Source: a candidate division TA06 bacterium SM23_40 (GTDB taxonomy: Bacteria > LJUI01 > SM1-40). From it: a DNA stretch of 64,000 nucleotides. This document shows positions 55,149-62,288 of the stretch, one piece after another. The stretch lies in assembly GCA_001303705.1 (NCBI GenBank), contig LJUI01000001.1:11320-75319 (forward strand). Reading direction: 5' to 3'. The first letter of the stretch is position 1. Each line of letters opens with the position of its first letter. Below the pieces are notes generated by a model. The model was not told the DNA's origin. It searched no databases and saw nothing but the letters and a program-made list of their open reading frames with translations. The position numbers and the translations under genes were made by a program.

Positions 55149-57407
55149 CTACACCTTTGGATTTGCTCCCACTTCCTGAGGCTCCCTCTTCGCGGATCGT
55201 CGCCTCACGAACCTCCCCCTCCTGTCAGATCCGCTATCATCGTCGTAGTAACGGTAGTAGCGATAGTAGTGGTAGTAGTGGTAGTAGCTATACCCAAACC
55301 CGTCGGAGGGCACCATGTTGACCACCACACCACAGACATTCCCCCGTGCCCCCTGAAGGATCTGCCTTGCACGAAGCGCCGCGTCCCGGGGGGTTCGACC
55401 GAGCTCCACCACCAAGATGACGCTATCGACCTCCGAGCCGAGTACTACCGCATCCGTCACTGCTAGTACCGGCGGAGAGTCGAGGATGACTGCATCGAAT
55501 TCTTGCTTGAGTTTCTCAAGGAGCTGCCGCATCTTCTCCGAACCGAGTAGCTCTGAGGGATTGGGTGGAATGCTCCCTGAGGTAAGGACATACAAGTTCT
55601 CGACACCTGTCGGCCGTGCGGCGGTCGAGACATCGACCTCGCCCAGCAACACGTCAGTAATACCCGGTATCTTCTCGACACCGAATGTCTCATGGAGAAC
55701 GGGGCGACGCAGGTCGCTCTCGACGAGAATGACCTTCCGCCCCGAGATGGCGATGGCTACACCGAGGTTCGTCGCTATCGTCGATTTCCCCTCCCTGGGG
55801 AGCGCACTCGTAACGAGAAGACTTCGTGGCGGCGCATCCAGATTGACGAACTGCAGGCTCGTGCGAAGTGACCGATACGCCTCCGAGACCGGGGATTTCG
55901 ATCCCTGGTGCACAATGAACCGTTCGTCCATCCCTCCCACGGTCAGAGATCCTCTGTCCTCGTTCCCGTCTCTCCGCTGTCTCTCGATCTCCGGAATCGA
56001 TCCCAGAATCGGCAGCTTGAGGTATCGATCGACCTCCGCCATCGACTTCACCGAGACGTCGAGGTGTTCGAGTACGAATGCGGCCCCCAGGCCAAGGACT
56101 CCTCCCATGAGGGCGGCCAGGATGAGGTTGAGCCGCGTGCGAGGGCGAATCGGAGCCGTCGGCCTCGCGGCCTCGTCAATGATCCTCACATTCCCTATCT
56201 CGCCGGCTTCGGTGATCCTCGCCTCCTCGTACTTCTCCCTTAACATCCGATAGATATGATCCGTGACCTGGAAGTCCCGTGTCAGCCGCGCAAGCTCCAT
56301 CTCCTTCTCGGGCAGACTCTCGAGCTGCCGATCGAAGTCATCCAGCGGGCCTTTGAGCGCATCACGCTTTGCGCGCAGGGCCGCGACCTCGATCTCCAGC
56401 CTCAGTGTCTGTTCCACAAGCCCCTGGGAGAACGCGAGTGGATCCGAGATCCCCACCCCTGCAGCCAGGATCGTGACCATCTCTTCTTGTAATTCCACTT
56501 TTGTCTGTTCGATCTCCTCAATCAGTTCACGCATTCTCGGATGGTCCTCCGAGAGGCCCTGAATGATGTAATGCGACAGACTCGTCTCCAGCTCCGCCAG
56601 AGTCCCTCTCAGCTCTCTGATCTTGGGGCTGGAGACCGTCATGATCTCTTCCGCGAGCCGTCCTCTCTGTGTTGTCAACTGCTCATTCAGCGACGCCAGG
56701 CGCCGCTCGGCTGCCATTAGCTCTGCCTCTATCTCGAAATAGACCCGCTCGACATCGGTCAACTCCTCTATCAGGCCCTTTGTCTCCTCAGAGAGTGCCG
56801 CCACCTTCTGAGTCTGCTTGTAGTGCCGGAGGGTCTCCTCAGCAATCCGCAGATTCCCCTGCACCTTTGGCAATTGCTCCTCCAGGAATCCCCTGATCTC
56901 CGTGATCTCTCCACGAAGATGCTGGAGATTCAGGTCAACATATGCCTGCGCCACGGTATTTGCGATGAGCACGGCATCGTCAGGGGTAGGAGCTCTCGCC
57001 TCGACCTCTATGATGTCAGTGTCGCGCACCGATCTGACGGTGATCCCCCTCATTACAGCGGTTACCGGATCAGGAGATGACATGATGGCGAGGGCCTCGC
57101 CCCCTCTCGAGCCCCGCAGGGCCCCTACGACGTTCGCCGCCAGTGTCCGACTCTTCAGTATCTCCACCTGGTTATTGATTATGTTCTGTCGCTCCATGTA
57201 CCCGGTAAAGCCGAGAACGGGCATTCGTTTCGACCCCACCTCGAACATCACCGTCGTGACAGCCTCATAGACAGGCTGCACCGTCCAGCTGTAGATTGCC
57301 GCCGAGAGAATCACACCGAAGAATGCGCTCAACGCGATCCATCGCCGGCGATAGATGATCTGGAAATAGTCATGAATTGAGGACTGTCTCTCCTCTCGAT
57401 CAGCCAC
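55149..57407 (-). CDS. polysaccharide co-polymerase / bacterial tyrosine autokinase (Wzc/GumC/EpsG type)
   Basis: Wzz-like N-terminus IHDYFQIIYRRRWIAL, periplasmic coiled coil, second TM. Kinase Walker A SALPREGKSTIATNLG, A' ILVESDLRRP, B AVILDSPPV. C-terminal tyrosine cluster YSYYHYYHYYRYYRYY. GTG start. Confidence 0.9.
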   Translation of the reverse strand: MADREERQSSIHDYFQIIYRRRWIALSAFFGVILSAAIYSWTVQPVYEAVTTVMFEVGSKRMPVLGFTGYMERQNIINNQVEILKSRTLAANVVGALRGSRGGEALAIMSSPDPVTAVMRGITVRSVRDTDIIEVEARAPTPDDAVLIANTVAQAYVDLNLQHLRGEITEIRGFLEEQLPKVQGNLRIAEETLRHYKQTQKVAALSEETKGLIEELTDVERVYFEIEAELMAAERRLASLNEQLTTQRGRLAEEIMTVSSPKIRELRGTLAELETSLSHYIIQGLSEDHPRMRELIEEIEQTKVELQEEMVTILAAGVGISDPLAFSQGLVEQTLRLEIEVAALRAKRDALKGPLDDFDRQLESLPEKEMELARLTRDFQVTDHIYRMLREKYEEARITEAGEIGNVRIIDEAARPTAPIRPRTRLNLILAALMGGVLGLGAAFVLEHLDVSVKSMAEVDRYLKLPILGSIPEIERQRRDGNEDRGSLTVGGMDERFIVHQGSKSPVSEAYRSLRTSLQFVNLDAPPRSLLVTSALPREGKSTIATNLGVAIAISGRKVILVESDLRRPVLHETFGVEKIPGITDVLLGEVDVSTAARPTGVENLYVLTSGSIPPNPSELLGSEKMRQLLEKLKQEFDAVILDSPPVLAVTDAVVLGSEVDSVILVVELGRTPRDAALRARQILQGARGNVCGVVVNMVPSDGFGYSYYHYYHYYRYYRYYDDDSGSDRRGRFVRRRSAKREPQEVGANPKV

Positions 57408-57484
57408 GGTGGCTCCTCCTCTCCTCTATCAACCGTCACCCAACTCCTGCCTCAAATACTCCCATCTGCAATCTATTGAGGCCA

Positions 57485-57964
57485 TCATCGCTCGAATAAG
57501 AGGTAGTAGGTACTCACGATCACCGCTGTCTGAGCAATGAACTGGACAACCCTCGACAGTCCGTGCAACTTGTTCGGGCCGATCTCAACTGTGTCGCCGG
57601 GTTTGAGCAGAGGATTCAGTTCTTGTTCCCCCGTCTTCATATACTTGCCCACGTCGACCCTCATCACTCTCGGCGGTTCACCGTTTTCCCTCACGATGCG
57701 TACTCTGCTCAGATCCGCATCCGGCGCTGGACCTCCGGCATAGGAGATAAGTGAGACGAGATCTGTGGCCCGAGGAACGACATAGAGGCCCGGAGCAGAC
57801 ACTTTTCCCCAGACGTGCACGCTGATCTTGAGCTGATCTTCATCATCGAGCTGGACGTGGTACTGAGCCGCCTCGTGAGCAACGGGCAGACGGCCGATCT
57901 CTGCCGGGACGCCCGCCGCACTCATTACAAGCAGGAGAAGAATCCCTGCCGACATGATCCGCAT
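57485..57964 (-). CDS. short outer-membrane polysaccharide export (Wza-like) protein: one SLBB-type domain + C-terminal hydrophobic helix
   Basis: Start set at MRIMSAGILLLLVMSAAGVPA (signal peptide). The track ORF extension to 58183 overlaps the upstream gene. ISVHVWGKVSAPGLYVVPRATDLVSLISYAGGPAPDADLSRVRIVR. C-terminus VVQFIAQTAVIVSTYYLLF. Confidence 0.7.
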   Translation of the reverse strand: MRIMSAGILLLLVMSAAGVPAEIGRLPVAHEAAQYHVQLDDEDQLKISVHVWGKVSAPGLYVVPRATDLVSLISYAGGPAPDADLSRVRIVRENGEPPRVMRVDVGKYMKTGEQELNPLLKPGDTVEIGPNKLHGLSRVVQFIAQTAVIVSTYYLLFER

Positions 57965-58095
57965 AACTGCCGCCGCGCTCGCTTCTTGCAGAACTCCAGC
58001 CGCCCCAAAGGCCCCGATAATGGGCGCACAGAACCCAGACTCGCACACTTTCGGACACCCTCTCGGCTCCTCAACGCTCGGCCTCCCGCTCTTGC

Positions 58096-59445
58096 CTATC
58101 GCTGATACTCTCTGATCTTGCGCCACAACGTAGTCCTCCCGATCTTGAGTTTGCGCGCTGCCACAGTCTGATTCCCCTCGCATTCGTCGAGTACCTCGAG
58201 TATGTGAGCCCGCTCGAGATCGCGAAGTGACACCATTACACCACCGCGGTCGCGCATACCGGCAGGGGCTTTCCTGATTGCGTGAGGCAGATGTACCCGC
58301 GTTATGCGCGCACCTTCTGACAACGTCACTGCGTGCTCCAGCGCGTGCTCCAGTTCGGCTGTATTGCCCGGCCAGTCGTAATCAATCAGCAGTCTCATCG
58401 CATCGTCAGCGATACCGATAGCCCCATTTCCCTGGCAGTCAGTCTGTCTGTGGAGAAAATCCCGAACGAGGAGGGGGATATCTTCCCGACGCTTTCTCAG
58501 AGGAGGGATCTGTATGGAGATGGTTTCCAGCCGCGACAGGAGATCGCGCCGGAAGCGGGGCTCCAGTACCTTGGAGTGCAGATCTTCATCTGTCCCGCAG
58601 ATGAGTCGCACGTCGGCGCGTCTCGGTCGCCTCTCTCCTACACGCTGCATCACGCTGTCTTGCAACAACATCAGTAGTTTCATCTGAAGGATCGGGGAGA
58701 GCTGGCCAATCCCATCGAGGAATGTACTCCCTCCACTCGTCTTCTCAAACAATCCTCTCCTGTTGCGGGTGGCTCCGCTGAATGCCCCCTTCACATGTCC
58801 GAAAAGGAGGCTTTCGAGGGAACCGTTGTCGATTGACCGACAGTCGACCGTCGCAAACGGTTTGCCCCGTCGCCAGCTACTGTCGTGGATGACTCGTGCC
58901 AGGAGCTCTCTATTCGTCCCCGCCTCAGCCCGAATCAAAATTGGATGGTCTGTGGGTGCTGCAATCTCTATCAGATTGAATACCCGCTGCATCGCATCAC
59001 TGATGCCCACGATGCCGCCGCAGGAGGACCGCTGGCGTGTCCCTGCCGTCGTACGGGTTGCCTGCAGCCTGAGTAGTCTCCTGGTTGTCGCTGCGTCCAC
59101 GGCCTGCCTCAGCTGTCGCTCTGTGAATGGCTTCGCAAGAACGTGACACGCACCGGCCTCGATCGCCTTCGCTGAAACCTCCGGAGTGGTCGAGGCCGTC
59201 ATGGCGACCACCTCTGTCTGTTTGTGGGGACGCCGCATTGCCTGGATCACCTCCAGGCCATCGGCATCCGGGAGTCTGAGATCCACGATCGCGACATCGA
59301 ACACCATCATCTCAAGTTTGCGAAATGCCTCTCGACCATCTTTGGCCTCGACGACGGTATGACCATCACGCCCCAAGATGAGGCTCAGGCTTCTCCTGAT
59401 ACAGACTTCGTCGTCCACGACCAACACGAATGCCATCAGTATCAC
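58096..59445 (-). CDS. NtrC-family response regulator (REC + sigma54-interaction AAA+ + Fis-type HTH) with degenerate ATPase motifs
   Basis: REC VLVVDDEVCIRR...VAIVDLRLPDADG. AAA+ core has AEAGTNRE instead of GESGTGKE, FLDGIGQ instead of FLDEVGE, and WPGNTAELEH instead of WPGNVRELEN. GAFSGA loop retained. HTH AARKLKIGRTTLWRKIREY. Start GTG 59445 or ATG 59436. Confidence 0.85.
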   Translation of the reverse strand: MILMAFVLVVDDEVCIRRSLSLILGRDGHTVVEAKDGREAFRKLEMMVFDVAIVDLRLPDADGLEVIQAMRRPHKQTEVVAMTASTTPEVSAKAIEAGACHVLAKPFTERQLRQAVDAATTRRLLRLQATRTTAGTRQRSSCGGIVGISDAMQRVFNLIEIAAPTDHPILIRAEAGTNRELLARVIHDSSWRRGKPFATVDCRSIDNGSLESLLFGHVKGAFSGATRNRRGLFEKTSGGSTFLDGIGQLSPILQMKLLMLLQDSVMQRVGERRPRRADVRLICGTDEDLHSKVLEPRFRRDLLSRLETISIQIPPLRKRREDIPLLVRDFLHRQTDCQGNGAIGIADDAMRLLIDYDWPGNTAELEHALEHAVTLSEGARITRVHLPHAIRKAPAGMRDRGGVMVSLRDLERAHILEVLDECEGNQTVAARKLKIGRTTLWRKIREYQR

Positions 59446-59492
59446 CCGTTAGTGACATACCTCGATTTCGTGCTCGCACCGGGGGGCTATTA

Positions 59493-59509
59493 CAGCAGTA
59501 ACCGGGCCG
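59493..59509 (-). promoter_or_regulatory. degenerate sigma54-type -24/-12 element (duplicated copy of the 60702..60717 promoter)
   Basis: Minus strand reads CGGCCCGGTTACTGCTG against consensus TGGCACG-N4-TTGCW. GG-N10-GC spacing is kept and it shares GGC-CGGTT--TGCT with the perfect copy upstream. About 50 nt before the gene start. Confidence 0.3.
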
Positions 59510-59566
59510 TAGATCGAACCGCCCGGCGAGGAACCCGCCCTCCCCTCTCACGACTGCAGTAGCTGG

Positions 59567-60639
59567 TCAAGGTATAGAAAGAAGCGTGGTCTCCCTCGAC
59601 CACGCTTCCCGTCCTGCATGGCCGAACACTTGGCTTTCCGGCAGACAATCTGCCGGCGTACGGCAGTCCACCGTCACGAACGCCTGCCGACTACGCCTGC
59701 TGTTGACGTGGATTGGCCGCGCTACCTGCTCCTCACCCCTTCCGCTCTCCAGATCGCAGCGCGGAGTACTGAGCAGGCCTTCCTGGACCATCCGTGCAAC
59801 AGTGCCCTGGCTCAGCCGTCAGGCATCGTCCAGACCGCACGCTGCCGGCCTGCCGACCACGATGACCCCCCACGACTCAGCCGCCGTCGTTGACGGCCGC
59901 GTAGAAGTATCAGCCGACCGGCGGAACGTGGTGCCGGTGATGCCCGCACGCGAAGCCACAGGCATCCCTGAGCGCAACCGCTTGGAGTTCAGGACTATCC
60001 ACCACAGAATCAGTCCCAACATTGCACTCATCCCCCTTCATTCTCGTTCTCCTCGTCCTTGCGATACCAGCTCGCGCTGGCGTAGCGAAAGTCGAGCGTT
60101 TCTCCTCTGTCTCCGAGATTGGGATTCTGACTGCCTGGAACTGACCCTTACCCAACACGGTGCTGCCCTCTGAATCAGACTGACCACCCTGTGTATCGCA
60201 TCGCTGCGGCAACGGCCGCACCGTAGGAGGACCCTTCGCGCGCCCCCGCCGCAGTGCGACTAGCCTCGAGCTTACGCAATCTTCTGGTGATCGCTCTGTC
60301 CACGGCCTGCCTCAGCTCTCGCCCCGTGAATGGCTTTGTCAGAACCTGGCAGGCACCGACTTCGATCGCCCTTGCTCTCACCTCCGGAGTGGTCGAGGCC
60401 GTGATGACGACGACCTCCGACTGCCTCCCAGGGCCCCGCGCCGCCCGAACGATCTCGAGGCCGTCGACATCAGGGAGTCTGAGGTCCACGATCGCCACGT
60501 CGAACGACATCATCCCGAGTTTGTGAAAGGCCTCGCTGCCGTCTCGAGCTTCGACGACCCTGTGGCCATCCCGCCCCAAGATGAGGCTCAGTCCTCTCCT
60601 GATGCATCTCTCGTCGTCAACCACCAATACGGAAGCCAT
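59567..60639 (-). pseudogene. decayed tandem duplicate of the 5' half of the NtrC-like gene (intact REC ORF, then frameshift, ~330-bp insertion, truncated AAA+ fragment)
   Basis: REC ORF from ATG 60639: MASVLVVDDERCIRRGLSLILGRDGHRVVEARDGSEAF...VAIVDLRLPDVDG...LTKPF, which is roughly 80 percent nt-identical by eye to 59436-58990. Homology continues in another frame (SDAIHRVVSLIQRAAPC against SDAMQRVFNLIEIAAPT). It resumes at 59791 as CDLESGRGEEQVARPIHVNSRRSRQAFVTVDCRTPADCLPESQVFGH (against GESGTGKELVARAIH...FVTVNC...ESEMFGH) and then stops. Confidence 0.75.
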
Positions 60640-60701
60640 CGAAATGACACCTGCCAAGTCATACGGCTGCAATCTCCTACTCCCACCCGCACAACCCTTG
60701 T

Positions 60702-60717
60702 AGCAACAACCGTGCCA
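60702..60717 (-). promoter_or_regulatory. sigma54-dependent promoter (-24/-12), perfect consensus
   Basis: Minus strand reads TGGCACGGTTGTTGCT, i.e. TGGCAC-N5-TTGCT with canonical spacing. Lies ~60 nt upstream of the ATG at 60639, just downstream of a terminator and next to bEBP genes. Confidence 0.7.
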
Positions 60718-60774
60718 CAGATGACGCGTACCATTACAGACCTCGCCATCCTGTCGCGGCATCTCCATAAGGGG

Positions 60775-60818
60775 CGAGAAAATAATAAGAAGCGCGGGTC
60801 GACCTCCCCCACGCTTCT
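60775..60818 (-). terminator. Rho-independent terminator after the HK/NtrC pair
   Basis: Minus-strand RNA: AGAAGCGUGGG ggaggucga CCCGCGCUUCU (11-bp stem including one G-U that is only a pair on this strand, 9-nt loop), followed by UAUUAUUUUCU. Begins 56 nt after the NtrC stop. Confidence 0.65.
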
Positions 60819-60873
60819 TTGCGGTCAATCTAGATCGAGCGGACTCCCCGTTTCAAACAAGAACGACGATGTT

Positions 60874-62259
60874 TCAAGGGGAAACGGGGTATCCCCCCTG
60901 GTTCCCCATAGACTCCCCGTCAGGCGAAAGGTTGTACGAACGCAGCTTCCTCCACAGGGTTGTGCGGCCGATACTGAGGCGTCTCGCAGCAGCGGCCTGA
61001 TTGCCGTTACACTCGTGAAGAACCTGAATGATATGGTTCATCTCGATATCCTTCAGGGTCGTCGATCCTTCGCCACTGCCTCCTCCCACGGCCTCTCCAT
61101 TGCGAATGCCGACCGGCAGCTCCTTTACCGTGATCTCATCAGATTGACTGAGAATGACCGCACGCTCGATCACATTCTCCAGTTCTCTGACATTTCCGGG
61201 CCACTCATATTGCTGCAATAGCCGAATCGCCTGTGGCGATATCCCCCGTACTTCATCTCTGATGTTCTTCCTGTATTTCGTCAGAAAGTGGGAAGCGAGC
61301 AGAGGAATGTCTGCCCGGCGCTCGCGCAGCGGAGGCAGGTGTATCGGAACCACATTGAGCCGATAGAAGAGATCCTCGCGGAACCGCCGTTCCATCACTG
61401 CTTCCTGCAGGTCGCAGTTCGTGGCCGCGATGATGCGAACATCGACGTGGATGATGCGGTTTTCACCCACCGGCCTTACTTCTCCGTCTTGGAGAACCCG
61501 CAACAGTTTCACCTGTATAGCGGGGCTAGTCTCACCAACCTCATCCAAGAACAATGCGCCCCCATCTGCCTCCTCGAATAGCCCTTTCTTCTCGCTGATC
61601 GCCCCGGAGAACGATCCTTTCGCATGCCCGAACATCTCACTCTCGAGTAGATGCTCCGGCAGAGCGCCGCAGTTGACCGTTACAAACGCCTCCCCGTGGC
61701 GCTTACTGCTCGCATGGATAGCCCTCGCGACCAACTCCTTCCCCGTGCCACTCTCTCCGCAGATCAGAACAGTCGTGTCAGTCGGTGCGACCACGCGGAT
61801 CATCCGGAAAACCTCCAGCATTGCCTCACTCCGCCCCAGAATCCCGAATGTCTCCTGACTCGCCGCCACTTCCGGATGTCGAACCCGCTGCAGCAGTGCC
61901 CGCCTGGCCTCCGCCCTCTTCACCACGCTCTTGATCTCATCAGCATCGAATGGCTTGGTGATATAATCATAGGCCCCCTGCTTGATTGCCTCCACGGCGA
62001 GCTCTATCGTCCCAAACGCCGTCACCATGATGACTTCTGTATCGGGCCGCACCCGCTTCACTTCACGCAGCACCTCGAATCCACCGATGCGGTCCATCTT
62101 CATGTCGGTAACGACGACGTCGTATTGACGATCTCCCAGTTTTCTCAATGCCTCCCGGCCACTGCTCGCAGTACCGACATGGTGCCCATCTTGCCGCAGA
62201 ATGACACTGAGCGCTTTCCTCATGCTCCGCTCATCGTCAACGATTAGAATTTCTCCCAT
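60874..62259 (-). CDS. sigma54-dependent response regulator (NtrC family), canonical motifs
   Basis: Start set at MGEILIVDDERSMRKAL (AAGGTGGGAA upstream); the track extension to 62448 is rejected. REC DVVVTDMKMDRIGG. AAA+ VLICGESGTGKELVARAIH, GSFSGA, ALFLDEVGE, RIIAATN, WPGNVRELEN. HTH AARRLSIGRTTLWRKLRSY. Confidence 0.9.
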   Translation of the reverse strand: MGEILIVDDERSMRKALSVILRQDGHHVGTASSGREALRKLGDRQYDVVVTDMKMDRIGGFEVLREVKRVRPDTEVIMVTAFGTIELAVEAIKQGAYDYITKPFDADEIKSVVKRAEARRALLQRVRHPEVAASQETFGILGRSEAMLEVFRMIRVVAPTDTTVLICGESGTGKELVARAIHASSKRHGEAFVTVNCGALPEHLLESEMFGHAKGSFSGAISEKKGLFEEADGGALFLDEVGETSPAIQVKLLRVLQDGEVRPVGENRIIHVDVRIIAATNCDLQEAVMERRFREDLFYRLNVVPIHLPPLRERRADIPLLASHFLTKYRKNIRDEVRGISPQAIRLLQQYEWPGNVRELENVIERAVILSQSDEITVKELPVGIRNGEAVGGGSGEGSTTLKDIEMNHIIQVLHECNGNQAAAARRLSIGRTTLWRKLRSYNLSPDGESMGNQGGYPVSP

Positions 62260-62288
62260 GTCGTTCCCACCTTGCCATCTCGGCTCGT

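Noticed and set aside
57986-58002. Weak sigma54-like element upstream of the Wza-like gene (CGGCTGGAGTTCTGCAA)
   Set aside because: GG-N10-GC spacing is correct and about 9 of 12 consensus positions match. However, it would leave a leader of only about 10 nt with no ribosome-binding site, and it is partly explained by GC-rich background. Kept only as a note.
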